Assembly (NCBI RefSeq): GCF_001194135.2
Contig: NC_068997.1
Location: 11,620,620-11,684,619, forward strand
Source: Octopus bimaculoides
Taxonomy: Eukaryota
Length of the DNA: 64,000 nucleotides
Direction of reading: 5' to 3'
The first letter of the stretch is position 1. Each line of letters starts with the position of its first letter. The position numbers and the translations under genes were made by a program. The notes under the pieces were generated by a model. The model worked only from the letters and a program-made list of their open reading frames with translations. It was not told the DNA's origin and did no database searches. Of this stretch, positions 51,284 to 64,000 are shown in pieces.

Positions 51284-51879
51284 TATAGATATAATTATTA
51301 TTACTATCAGTATCATGACTTTAACTGAAACAAGTGATAACTGAAATTCTTGATAGATCTCACAGCTTGCTGATATAATAAACAGGGNNNNNNNNNNNNN
51401 NNNNNNNNNNNNNNNNNNNNNNNNNNNNNNNNNNNNNNNNNNNNNNNNNNNNNNNNNNNNNNNNNNNNNNNNNNNNNNNNNNNNNNNNNNNNNNNNNNNN
51501 NNNNNNNNNNNNNNNNNNNNNNNNNNNNNNNNNNNNNNNNNNNNNNNNNNNNNNTATATATATATATATATATATATGCATATGCAATACTCAAAGAACG
51601 GTTTGGTTGCTTTCTCTAACAGTGCGGCTGAATAACAAATCGCCCTATCGTTGTTTGTTCTGCAGGGATACGCTATCGTGTGTGCATATGCAGGCCTCAT
51701 ATAAAGGGGATATTTATTCTGTTTTGGCTACCTCTGAATATCGAGAAATATTGTGCTCAATAACCTCATCACATTTGTGTTTATTCTTTATCAGCTTCCC
51801 TGAAATGTCCATATTATTTTATTTACATCATTGTTTTTTATATTGTGCACTAGTTTTCACACAGCCATGAAGCCAATGA

Positions 51880-52530
51880 TAGACACTATATCTCCGTTGA
51901 TATTCGGTAAGGATACAGAAACTGTCGGAGTTACCTTCCTGGCATGCTTGTTCAGCATTATATAAGTTGACAGCTAATATTTTTTAATCACCATATTTAA
52001 CGCTACTATTGTTATTTCTCATTTGAAAACCGAAACTATTCATACCCTACATTTTACTTTAATGTTTGTTAAGTCGTTCCTGGCGAGAGGATTCAGAATG
52101 TGCACAAACCAGGAGAACATAAAACCAAGAGTTTAAGCCATACTGAGTTGTCCATTTGTACATTTCTTCAATGCTTAGTAGTATTAGATTTTGAGCATCT
52201 CTTTGTTATAACGCAAATTCAGTTTTAATTTTGTTTACAGCGTTTTTTGCATAAATTCTTCTTCTTCTAAGTGCTGTCTGACACGTATAGGCTTCTTATA
52301 TACTAGTTGGCTTCTTTGGAAACTGTAAACTGTTCTAGTTTTCTGGATATTTTCTAAATATTTACATTAATATACACTTATTATAAAACAATTTTCAAAT
52401 TCCTATGTAGACAATTAATCATCATGTTATCCTTTCCAATTGCTGAGCAATAGAACACATTTCTCCGCTTATGTCAAGAGCATTCTCTTTTAAGTTTTGA
52501 TATATGGCGGATTAACGTTGGATTCTAGAT
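51880..52530 (-). mobile_element. Heavily decayed second R4/Dong-like fragment
   Basis: Scattered colinear remnants across frames (SNVNPPYI, VSKEAN, AKNAVNKIKT, SVWLK, LARNDLTNIK, KCRV*, KHARKVT, VSVSLP) follow the motif order of the copy at 55456-56499. Confidence 0.35.
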
Positions 52531-52886
52531 AATGAGGAAATAATTGTTCATTTCAGTTTCAACAGTATTTATGAATACGTAACTATAGGCAATATGTATG
52601 AAATCTGAGAGTGAAGTAATCATGGTAATTATTTCTAATCAGTTCATATACTGCTTAGATTTCTTTTGGATTGTGTTGAGGTTGTCAACGTAGGCGTCAA
52701 CATTCTACAGTGTAAACCATTAGTTCATGGAATCCCACTATGGTGTTTCGAAAATTCGGTTATTATATCAAAGATATAAAGAAAGCAAAAAGAAAAAAAA
52801 ATCATTCTGTATTGCCCCCAAAGTGATACTGCAATTTTTTTACTTATTTTCTTGTTGGAGAATTTGGTAAACAAAATATTTCCCGA

Positions 52887-53430
52887 GAACATATGTGAAA
52901 ATTCATGTCTTATTTCCAATATACGATCATGGTATTTAACTAAATATATATAAATGTATGTATACATACATACATACATACATACATATATGTGTCTGAG
53001 CGTGTGTGTGTGTGTGTGTGTCTGTGTGTGCATGTGTGTGCATGTGTGTGTGCATATATATATATATGTGTGTATGTGTGTGTGTCTGCATATATATATA
53101 TATATATATATATATAGGGGTTGGCTTTGAGAGTTGCATTTCCTCGCATTCGGTAAAAATGTGCTTTTTATAGTAGTCTGACCTTAGAGTCCCTCGTGGC
53201 GTGAGGCGTTATTGTATAGTAATGCCCTTATATAAATATATATAGATATATATGCACACACACATGCACACACACACACACACGCACACACACACACACA
53301 CACACACGCTCAGATACATATATGTATGTATGTGTGTATGTATGTATGTATGTATACATACATTTATATATATTTAGTTAAATACCATGATCGTATATTG
53401 GAAATAAGACATGAAGTTTCACATATGTTC
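52887..53430. repeat. Long near-perfect inverted repeat (arms about 52887-53120 and 53225-53430, spacer about 105 bp)
   Basis: 52887-52966 versus the reverse complement of 53351-53430: 79/80 identical. The arms continue through mirrored (TACA)n, CTGAGCG, (TG)n and (TA)n blocks. Confidence 0.92.
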
Positions 53431-53508
53431 GCAATTTACAACCGAAAGACAGAACTATACATGTCACTAAAACTTGCCTGCCTTGTCAGTCATAAGATAA
53501 GTAGCTAA

Positions 53509-53557
53509 GAGTTGTTTGACTCTTATTTCTAGCAACGCTGGTGCTAACTAGTGTCCT
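53509..53557 (+). repeat. Dispersed ~50-bp repeat, copy 2
   Basis: GAGTTGTTTGACTCTTATTTCTAGCAACGCTGGTGCTAACTAGTGTCCTC matches 34102-34151. Confidence 0.8.
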
Positions 53558-54962
53558 CAGTCACTTTAGCGATGTATACACACATATACACATGTACTTA
53601 TACATATGTATGTAAGCACCAGAAGGTGTAATTCAAGTTCTTGACAATAGTGTTGATGCACGTTCTCTTGCAGAACAAAAATATCTCGAATAAATAATGC
53701 AAGATAACCCTCCGATACCTGAACAATTGCATCAATGTCTAACTTCGATTTGTACTTTTTTTAATTTTGTCGGAAGTACACAAGACAATTTTGACGGGGA
53801 ACCATATCGTGTTTTCAGAATCAAACAGGTATATACAAACATATGAGCAATTTTAAGCGGAGCACTGTAATATAAAATGAGAATTGTTAATTGATAGGGA
53901 ATGCGAATTGGTTTACACATATAATATTAAACACCTTAAGCAAGTTTTACGAGATCCAAAGCAAAGTTTCGTCGACCTCTTCAGCCTGATATTCTTGAAA
54001 TGCATTTTTATATTCATTTGATCATTGTCTCGGAAATTACTTACTCGATTAATGACGTATTACCATCTTACGAAAAGTATTTTTTTCTAAGAAATACTGA
54101 CTTTAAATGATCAGGTGTGAATTGCACTAGGAAATACTTGTGTATATCTTATCATTCTTCCAGGGGATCAGTAGATCTAGTAGTGATTATAGGCTTACAC
54201 TTTTTAGTTACAGTGTTTCGATTTATTTGTTTAATTATCGACATATTTGAGAATCTACGCTGACTTCAACAGTCTGAAGTCCTCTGTTATTTGCTATCTG
54301 CTTCATAAATATTCGGTTGAATCTCAATGACGTAAATTCCAGTATTTATATTTCAAAGGTAGATGGAATTATGTTGAATTCTAAGAATCACCAGGGAGGG
54401 GAAGGTTCTATTCGAAACCTCCTAGTGCAACAAGAATGATTGGCGTATAATATTATTAAAATGACGTCATATTTCCCATACTTGCAATATCCAGCAGTGC
54501 ATATTGGAATGTAAACTGAATCAAATTAAATAACGTAAAAATGCTTAATAAATTATTTTTGCCTCTAAATTATATGTTTTGCCATCTTTTTCTTCTTGCT
54601 TTAATCGATTATTTTTAATGTTATTATCAGTGTGACTTGTCGTTCGGAGTCCACTAGGCATCCTACAACTAAGCGCCAGAGTGTATACACTGGGTCGTAT
54701 GTTTCCTCAAAGTTTTTATTTTCAATGTTTTATTGAAAGTGTTGTAATATATCAGCTGAGTTCAGGAAGCTTTATGTCTTTTTGTTATGCGTAACGCATG
54801 TACACGTCTGGTGACATTTCAGATATATTTCTCTACGTATAATCAGTTATTCCCAAGCTACGTTTTTACACTAGTAACTGTTTATATTTTCATTTGTCCC
54901 ATACTGGTTATCTCTTTTTCTAGTTCTCGTTTATGCCAAAATTCACTCTTTGAATTATGTCT

Positions 54963-55140
54963 TGGCAGTAATATTAGCGGCTTTTCGTCCGTGTCTACGT
55001 TCTAAGATAACATTCCGTTGATGTCGACTTTGCCTTTCATAAATTCGTAAAAGTATATACCAGTCAACAACTAGATTCATGTAATCTATTTACACTCTCA
55101 CCGAAATTATTCACTTTGTACGAAAATTTGAAACCAATGT
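54963..55140 (+). mobile_element. Decayed SINE (tail type 3)
   Basis: GTCGACTTTGCCTTTCAT core and AAAATTTGAAACCA tail. Confidence 0.6.
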
Positions 55141-55455
55141 TATTCCTTGCTTCCCACTTTATTTTTCGTAACTACATTATTACAAGTTATTTTAGAAATT
55201 CAAAACAGTTTGTTTTCTTTAAAAAAATATCTAGCTATATATACAAAACACATGGTAAAATATTTTGAAAGACAAAATAAATAAGATTCAAATTTCAACA
55301 ATTGCTAAAGAGGAGCAAATTCATTTTATTTCCATTAAACATGCTAATATTTAAGATCAATGTCGTTGCTTAATAATAAAATTTGATACTAACATTAATT
55401 ATCGAGGTTCAACATATATTGAATAATAGCAACTCAAACATTTTCACAAATATTT

Positions 55456-56499
55456 TTATTATTATTATTATTATTGTTCAGTAGTTTTATTTTTATAACG
55501 TACTTTCACTTCACTACCGAGCGCAGCTCTGTGCGTCTTGGGTATGTGCTGTGGTTTTCTGTGGTGCTCTTATGGTTACTGTATTGAAAGGGTTTTGCGT
55601 AGGATGTGTGCTGTGCCCAGTAGTGCAATTTTCTGTATGTTATATATATTTGTAAGTCCTGGTGTTTTTGTTATGTATTTATTATACCTAAGGCACCTAC
55701 TATAATAGGAATTGTTTCTGTTTTTAGATTCCACATTCGAGTTATCTCTATTTTCAGGTCTTTGTATTTTGAAAGTTTTTCCATTTCTTTCAAAGAGACG
55801 TTGTCATCTGCTGGTATTGATACATCAATTAGAAAGCATTTTTTTTTCATGGTCTTTGACAACTATTTCTGGTCTATTTGCCTTAATTTCTCTATCTGTG
55901 TGTATTGGCATATCCCAGAGTATGGTTGCTTTCTCGTTTTCTGTGACCTTTTCTGGCGTGTGTTTATACCATCTTTTTTCTGTTGTTATTCCATAGTGTT
56001 GGCATAGCTTCCAGTGTATATAGGTCCCAGTTCTGTCGTTTCTGAGAATATATTCCTTCTTAGCCAGGACTGGGCAGCCAGAGATAACATGATTTATTGT
56101 TTCTTGTCCATCTCCACAAATTCTACAGTTACTTGTTATGTAACTTTTCATTATATGTTTTTGGTAATTTCTGGTGGGGAGGCTTTGGTTTTGTGCAGCA
56201 ATTATAAATCCTTCAGTCTCTGCTTTGAGTCCTGAGCTTCTCAACCATTGCTGAGATGTTTCTCTGTCTATTTCTTTTGCATTTAGTTTAGCCCAGTATT
56301 TACCATGTAGGGGCTTTTCTTGCCATCGTTTTATCATGGTCCGTTGCTGTTCTAGTTTTAGTTTGGATTTCATTTGTTTTATAGCTTTTGTTGTTTCTTC
56401 TTCTTCTTCTTCTTCTTCTTCTTCGTATTTGTTAGGTAGATTGATTTCTTGTTTGTATTTGTCAGCTTCCTTAAATACTGAAAACAGTTTTTTGTTTTG
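55456..56499 (-). mobile_element. R4/Dong-clade non-LTR retrotransposon, 3' part (RT C-terminus, CCHC knuckle, REL endonuclease, 3' UTR, (AAT)n tail); 5' part runs into a gap
   Basis: Translation: KPLHGKY...QWLRSSGLKAETEGFIIAAQNQSLPTRNY...CRICGDGQETINHVISGCPVLAKKEYILRND...[22 protein letters not shown] / CFLIDVSIP...EKLSKYKDL...[17 protein letters not shown] / QKIALLGTAHILRKTLSIQ*. Stop at 55576-55578, tail at about 55456-55475. Two frameshifts. Confidence 0.9.
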
Positions 56500-57416
56500 N
56501 NNNNNNNNNNNNNNNNNNNNNNNNNNNNNNNNNNNNNNNNNNNNNNNNNNNNNNNNNNNNNNNNNNNNNNNNNNNNNNNNNNNNNNNNNNNNNNNNNNNN
56601 NNNNNNNNNNNNNNNNNNNNNNNNNNNNNNNNNNNNNNNNNNNNNNNNNNNNNNNNNNNNNNNNNNNNNNNNNNNNNNNNNNNNNNNNNNNNNNNNNNNN
56701 NNNNNNNNNNNNNNNNNNNNNNNNNNNNNNNNNNNNNNNNNNNNNNNNNNNNNNNNNNNNNNNNNNNNNNNNNNNNNNNNNNNNNNNNNNNNNNNNNNNN
56801 NNNNNNNNNNNNNNNNNNNNNNNNNNNNNNNNNNNNNNNNNNNNNNNNNNNNNNNNNNNNNNNNNNNNNNNNNNNNNNNNNNNNNNNNNNNNNNNNNNNN
56901 NNNNNNNNNNNNNNNNNNNNNNNNNNNNNNNNNNNNNNNNNNNNNNNNNNNNNNNNNNNNNNNNNNNNNNNNNNNNNNNNNNNNNNNNNNNNNNNNNNNN
57001 NNNNNNNNNNNNNNNNNNNNNNNNNNNNNNNNNNNNNNNNNNNNNNNNNNNNNNNNNNNNNNNNNNNNNNNNNNNNNNNNNNNNNNNNNNNNNNNNNNNN
57101 NNNNNNNNNNNNNNNNNNNNNNNNNNNNNNNNNNNNNNNNNNNNNNNNNNNNNNNNNNNNNNNNNNNNNNNNNNNNNNNNNNNNNNNNNNNNNNNNNNNN
57201 NNNNNNNNNNNNNNNNNNNNNNNNNNNNNNNNNNNNNNNNNNNNNNNNNNNNNNNNNNNNNNNNNNNNNNNNNNNNNNNNNNNNNNNNNNNNNNNNNNNN
57301 NNNNNNNNNNNNNNNNNNNNNNNNNNNNNNNNNNNNNNNNNNNNNNNNNNNNNNNNNNNNNNNNNNNNNNNNNNNNNNNNNNNNNNNNNNNNNNNNNNNN
57401 NNNNNNNNNNNNNNNN

Positions 57417-57417
<1 letters not shown>

Positions 57418-57474
<57 letters not shown>

Positions 57475-57593
57475 AGGTTTTGAACCTCCTGGAGTCTTGC
57501 ATGCGTAGCGGGCTTGCTGCCTGCAGCCTAGGGTACAATGCTATTTGTTCTTTTCAACTTACCTGTTTATTCTGGTCGTGCCAAGGTGGCAAA

Positions 57594-57680
<87 letters not shown>

Positions 57681-57708
57681 CATCATCATCATTATTATTA
57701 TTACTATA
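57418..57708. repeat. Two (ATT)n tracts (57418-57473, 57595-57708) separated by a ~120-bp unique insert
   Basis: Seen directly. Confidence 0.93.
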
Positions 57709-58993
57709 GACACTACTACGTTTCTATGCCTATCCCTGTAAATCGTGTATCTCCCTCCTTCTGTATGACCCCAGCTGTATCGATTATGAACAGGATTGCA
57801 GGCACATTATTACTAATTAATGTTTTAATTAAACAGCTAGGTCAGTGTAAGTCCTTAGCTGTACAGGTCGCTTCTGCACAACATTATTTTTGATTTGATA
57901 TCGTTAAGTCAGTAATTGATACGCTGCCGCCATGTTTGTTATGGAAATTCTGGCGATGCTTATTAATGAACTAATTGTTAGTCTGTATTAATGTATTAAT
58001 TCCATTGTACAATTGACATTAATATTCTCAAATCAAGTGGAAATTTATATGAATGCCACAAACTAAATGGATTGAAGCTCAATGCCTAGACATATATAGA
58101 GAAATGTTGGTGTGTTATTGAGTCTCAAAATTTAAAATATCGGAGAGAGTATAGTGCAGTGTTTTATAACGCGCTCTGTCATTTCAAAAACACAGAGCAT
58201 GCGCGATATTTACCTCTATGCTGAAGGTCAAGTGAATACTTCTTCCATTATAGGTACGATTAGTGACATACTCAACTACGTTGCTTGATCTTGACTTGGT
58301 TGCTCCATTCCAGCAATATCTCTTTCTCCCATATATGCTATGCAAACATATGTGTATCATAATTATATTCATATATAAATGTATGATTATATTTAAAGAT
58401 ATTCGTATGTGTATATATGTATATATATATGGGTATGTAGACACACACATGTGTATATAAATACAATACACATGTGCACGTCTGTATGTGTGTATGTGCG
58501 GGTGTTTGTGATTACATGGTTTATTGTTGTACACAATGGTTGACTTCCGTGAATATGTCTGTTGAATTTACTGAAATAGTTAATGCTTATTAGATTCGAG
58601 AAAGTACGAGATATATTCCCGATGCTTTTCCTTTTTTTCCTTTTTGCAGCCACAGAATAATGTAGCACGCTATCATGTGTAATGATAAAATGAAAAGAAA
58701 GGTTTCCTCATAGCTCATATAATACTATCACGTATAGATCTAAGGATACATTGCCATTAGATGCCACAGTTATGTAAGGCATGCGTGCTAGGGAGGTACT
58801 TCTGGCGGGCAGTATTTTATTTGTTCTATGATGTAACTCTACGTATGGCTTGCACTCCTCCCATATCTTACATGTACATACATTGTCTTGATTTGTAAAG
58901 GCACTTATTCTCGTTTATATTATTAATCTATATTTTCCATTTTCCATCTCATAGATTTAGTAAAATTTTTAAAAACATACGCACACATACATA

Positions 58994-59036
<43 letters not shown>

Positions 59037-59040
59037 GTAG

Positions 59041-59074
<34 letters not shown>

Positions 59075-60819
59075 TTAATATGCATGTTCAAATTAATATG
59101 ATTATTATCATGATTATTATTATTATCACCATCATCTAAACATCGTCATCCTTCTCCTCCTCCTCATCATCATTATTGATACTATAATTATACAGGTTAC
59201 CAATCTGCGGAGAGGGACTGAGATTATATAATGTTGGACGCCAGCATGTGATAGGAACTTGTTTTCACTGGCCCCCAGTATAATGAAAGGCAACATTGGA
59301 GGGCCTTGTCCCTAACGAATGAGTGGCGGAGATTTACAAATATACAATACAATTCAACAAGGGACATGCCCAAATATGCGGGTTACGTTAGGCAAATATT
59401 TCGATTGAAGGCAAAGGTGAATAGCTTATGCAATTAAAGTGAGTTAAGTCCTACAATCCGAACGCAAAATTAATGAAAGCAATAAAAAAATAACGAATAT
59501 AGTAAACACACACCTTACTGAAAACAAAACGTTGAATTGGAAAATTGTTTTGGAGAACTTATAAAGTTCTCCTCTATATTTGACCGAATAACTAATTGCT
59601 AAATCGAGCTGGAGCTGCTGAAATTTCTATCCAACGGCACCATTGTTAGCCCTGTAGCCAGAATCTTCCAAAAATGTCTTTTAGAACTTTCTGGGATTAG
59701 AAAAGAACAAGTAATATTTTTAGGATATGCCCGATGATCCCGTAGTATACGATGCACTTATATTAGACCTTGGTTATTCGATAATGTGAGAGCAATTTAA
59801 ACAGCTATCCGCATTTATCCAGGCATAGGTATGTCACTTTTCTCGTTCACAAAAACAGCAGCAGCAACATCAACAGCATCATCAGCAAGAAAACAATTAT
59901 TGTAAGCGTATACATTTATTGATGTATCCGAAATGAACTATCACCATATCAACTTGATCGGAAATATTTGTGTTCGAAAATTATGTCCAAATCAATCATC
60001 TCACAAGTAATCTATGTTTTTTGTTTTCGTCGGATCATTATAGCGTTATAAGCTCTTCTTATATAAATCTAGATATGTTCTGCTTAATTTGGCTTTTCTA
60101 TCCGCTGTCTACGTTTCCGTCTGTAGTCTTCGTGCATTATTCCACAGCATCGATCTAACATATTTTCATAAAAGTATGTGTCTTTTTTAAATAAAAAATC
60201 TGGGGGAAATATCCAGCTCTCTTACAAAACATCTTGAGCTCTGATAGGCAGAAATGATGAAAGATCAGCCTCCGTCGTGGATGTTGTTGCTAACTTTACT
60301 GCTGCCTGCTGCCTTCCTTATTTCTCCCTTTTTCTAGTTCTCCAGGGCCCATAGAGGCTTTTACCACCACAAGTGTTTATAGTTGGGTGTTCGGCCCAGA
60401 ATGCCAGGGGCTTCGATTTATTTTTTTTACCCTTCAAATTGGAACAAAGCCAACATTTTCATGTGTATATTTTTAATTTGCTTCTTAAAACAATTAAGCC
60501 TAAGACTTTATATTCATGATAGATTTTCCCGCCGGTACATTGAAAACGTACTGATATTAAAATATTAATGTAATTTACTGGAATCCTTTCATTTAAATAT
60601 CAGATTCTTCTTTGCTTACAACATTTCGAGAGACATAATCAGCGCATCGATACTTCACTTACTTCGACAGAAGTTGTATTAGGAACACAATCTCATCAAT
60701 TAATATCGTACATTAAGAGATAAAATGTACCATGAATTTATTATACTATCATCATTTTAATAGAAACATGTACCCATTTGTACGTTTACTAAAGCGCATT
60801 TAAGCTTAGACTCTTTAGA

Positions 60820-60855
<36 letters not shown>

Positions 60856-61280
60856 NNNNNNNNNNNNNNNNNNNNNNNNNNNNNNNNNNNNNNNNNNNNN
60901 NNNNNNNNNNNNNNNNNNNNNNNNNNNNNNNNNNNNNNNNNNNNNNNNNNNNNNNNNNNNNNNNNNNNNNNNNNNNNNNNNNNNNNNNNNNNNNNNNNNN
61001 NNNNNNNNNNNNNNNNNNNNNNNNNNNNNNNNNNNNNNNNNNNNNNNNNNNNNNNNNNNNNNNNNNNNNNNNNNNNNNNNNNNNNNNNNNNNNNNNNNNN
61101 NNNNNNNNNNNNNNNNNNNNNNNNNNNNNNNNNNNNNNNNNNNNNNNNNNNNNNNNNNNNNNNNNNNNNNNNNNNNNNNNNNNNNNNNNNNNNNNNNNNN
61201 NNNNNNNNNNNNNNNNNNNNNNNNNNNNNNNNNNNNNNNNNNNNNNNNNNNNNNNNNNNNNNNNNNNNNNNATATATATA

Positions 61281-61387
61281 CGACGGCCTTCTTTCATGAA
61301 GTTTTGGCCGACCGGAAGCTATATTAGAAGATATTCACCTAAGATGCCACGAGGTGGAGGTGGGACTGAACTCGGAACCATGTGGTT

Positions 61388-61389
<2 letters not shown>
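61281..61389 (-). mobile_element. SINE, same family as 15351
   Basis: Minus strand CCAACCACATGGTTCCGAGTTCAGTCCCAC...CGTGGCATCTTAGG...TATAGCTTCCGGTCGGCCAAA...GAAAGAAGGCCGTCG, ending in (TA)n. Confidence 0.75.
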
Positions 61390-61441
<52 letters not shown>

Positions 61442-61830
61442 TGTGTGTGCGTATATCGCAATATCTATAGAAAATAAAATTAGTCAACGAAATATCTAAA
61501 TATTGAAAGAAACATTCGTTAAACGTAAAATTAAAAAAAAGAAATGAAACATTTTCTTTCCGTATAATGAGAAAAGAAACAGTAAATCTGTTGGGCCGGA
61601 CACTCGCTTCATTCAACAAAATACCGGTATTCACTATCTGTTTCCATTATTACATGTTTGAAAAGTATTACGTAATTAAATTCAGGATTATGATGAATGA
61701 AGGAACTTATCGTACAAGGTCTCTCATCAACAAACTTGTTGTTAAATTTGAGTATGACTAAATTTCCCTGAAAATCAAATTATTGCCCTACTTTTAAAAA
61801 ACGAAAAAAAATTGCAAGCCAATTGTACAC

Positions 61831-61890
61831 ATGCACCAGCATGACCGCAGCTACTTGGCTGAAACACATTAATAAATAAATAAATAAATG
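61831..61890 (+). mobile_element. Short 3' retroposon fragment with an (AAAT)n tail and an apparent ~20-bp target-site duplication
   Basis: CCAGCATGACCGCAGCTACTTGGCTGAAACA plus (AAAT)n, flanked by ATTGCAAGCCAATTGTACAC (61811-61830) and ATTGCTAGCCAATTTTATACAC (61898-61919). Confidence 0.55.
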
Positions 61891-63965
61891 TTAAAACATT
61901 GCTAGCCAATTTTATACACTTCAAACAACCTTCCTGAAGGTTGATTATTTAAAAGAAATTTGAAAGGAGCTTTACAACTAAATTTATAGAGGATCCCTAA
62001 ATATAAAATGATATTACAATCGTCAATGTACAATTTCTCATATAATATAATCATGTTGAAATTATGATTTGGTTTCGCGTCCTTAAAAGGTCTGCGATCT
62101 AGCTATACGTCTGGCTATCAGCTCATTCAAACAACCGATTCAGATGTTCTAGCTTCATAGTTCTCTACAAATATGTAATAATTATTCCCAAATAAGCGAG
62201 TAAATGGACAAGAATGTGAGAAATCCTCACGGTAATATAGCAGCAAATCCAAGCTAAGCAAGCAATGCAAAATGTGTAAATAAACTGATAGTATATGAAG
62301 TTTAGCATAGTATGTGCGTTCGTTATCACAACATAAATGTTGTTTATTTGATTCATGATATATTAACACCAAAATTGTGATAAAATAACAAGCATCAACA
62401 TAAAATGAAAATTAAGCAATATATATTAGTGGAAACTGGTAATCTTTTGCTTTCTGAAGCATGTGAAAATGGTAATATATTCAGCAATAAAAAGGCAGCT
62501 AGATTATTAAATAATTCCAGACACATTTTAACTCAAATATGTGAATTAAAGGCTCGTGATATGTAAATAGTACATAGAAAGAGAAAAAGTGTGAATATTG
62601 TTTGATGTTTTGACACAATTACTAAGGGAGACATTCCCAGATATAATTATATATTCATATATGTTTAGTGATTTATTCAGTTAATGGTTAATTCAAGACA
62701 GAGAAAGAATGTCGGTATTGTGCATACATCAGATGTAACAGCGTTTTCGATTAGTTGGGTATTTATTCACGCTTCGTCAAAACTTACATCAGAATGGACG
62801 ATGATCAAAATTATGCACACACAGATATATATATATATATATATATATATACGTTCACATGCGTACACACATTATTTAACGCATTCTCCTTCCTAACATG
62901 CTGCATATTCTAATGTCTGTTTGCAAAGCCTGTATTTATAAAGAAACATAATGTACATACACATAAAGCATCTGTGCCTAGATATTTGTATGTATGCTTG
63001 TGGAAGAGGGCGTATGCGCGTATGTCTTTGTACTTGCATATATCAATGTAAATCTATGCAGATATGTTTCTGCATGTACATGCCCATAAACAAACGTATA
63101 TGTATAAGCAGATTTATATATATATATATATGCGTGTGTGTGAGTGTGTGAGTGTGTGTGTGTGTATGTGTGTGTATAATAGTAATACATCGATTCAAAC
63201 ATAATATACATATAAGTTTTATTGTAAAGTGGATAAATCTAGAATATAATATATGATATGTGAAATAACTGATCAAAGAGAATCGAAGGAGACTGGAGCC
63301 GATGTGCTCTGCTAAGACTTTTATTATTTGAAAACTTGTTAGAAGGTGTGCAGTGAAATTGCTGAGGAGTGCGGACAATCAAAGTATGAAATATATGGAA
63401 TGATATAATTTTGACACAACTTCGCTGTCCAGAATTTGATACGCGGAAAATATGCAACATTCGCAATCAATGCCACAATGGTTTATTCAAAGAAAGACTA
63501 ATGCTATAGAAAAGGCGATCTAGTCATGCACGGTATGATGCAAGAAGTTTACTCCGTCTATGAAGCCACAATTCAAACTAGTTTTTCTTCTGTACTATCA
63601 CTATTGCGACTTAAATATGTTACAAATATATTTCGAATGTTGTCGTAATACAGTAAAAGCTGAGTTATAATTGGTGTAATGAAGTAAAGGTGATATGAAA
63701 TAAAGAGTATAATACTGTAATATCATCAAATTAGATATATTGATGTCTGCGTTAAATTGAGGGTAATATTTCGTATAAAAGATATAATATGAGAAATATT
63801 TGAAAAGGACATAATTAAAATCATGGAAAATCATGTATCTAGGTAATGTCTGACTGGGAATACATTGGCGAGTGTGTGTGGATTCAATAAAGTAAGTGAA
63901 GTCGTTTAGATGAAGAATAATATAACCAAGTTGAAAGTAAAAACAGATATGCATCTGAAAATCTA

Positions 63966-64000
<35 letters not shown>

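Noticed and set aside
53966-53984. Minus-strand CTGAAGA-GGTCGAC-GAAAC, a perfect hammerhead core
   Set aside because: No helix I or helix III/UH pairing could be built from the flanks.
59552-59572. Perfect 9-bp hairpin GGAGAACTT-ATA-AAGTTCTCC
   Set aside because: Such a hairpin is plausible by chance in 64 kb, and no Helitron CTRR end or other context is present.

Overview
AT-rich, microsatellite-dense eukaryotic DNA with 13 N-gaps, most opening in microsatellites. The repeat families suggest a coleoid cephalopod, probably Octopus; this is an inference. One clear protein-coding gene is present: an intronless rhodopsin-class GPCR of the allatostatin-A/galanin receptor type (39221-40327, +, 368 aa), preceded by a splice acceptor and two tandem uORFs. 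The rest is non-coding DNA and transposon debris. This includes an R4/Dong-type non-LTR retrotransposon with an (AAT)n tail, a Penelope GIY-YIG remnant, a mariner remnant, many tRNA-derived SINEs, a decayed 5S rRNA copy, four inverted-repeat (MITE/foldback) elements and many simple repeats. The most notable unannotated signals are: (1) two minimal type-I hammerhead-ribozyme-like motifs 149 nt apart, each with a palindromic helix III and one core variant (23430-23618); (2) a near-perfect long foldback (52887-53430); (3) a multi-stem GC island (14284-14383); (4) a possible signal-peptide first exon on the minus strand (12740-12820). Most ORFs in the supplied track are artefacts of gaps or microsatellites.
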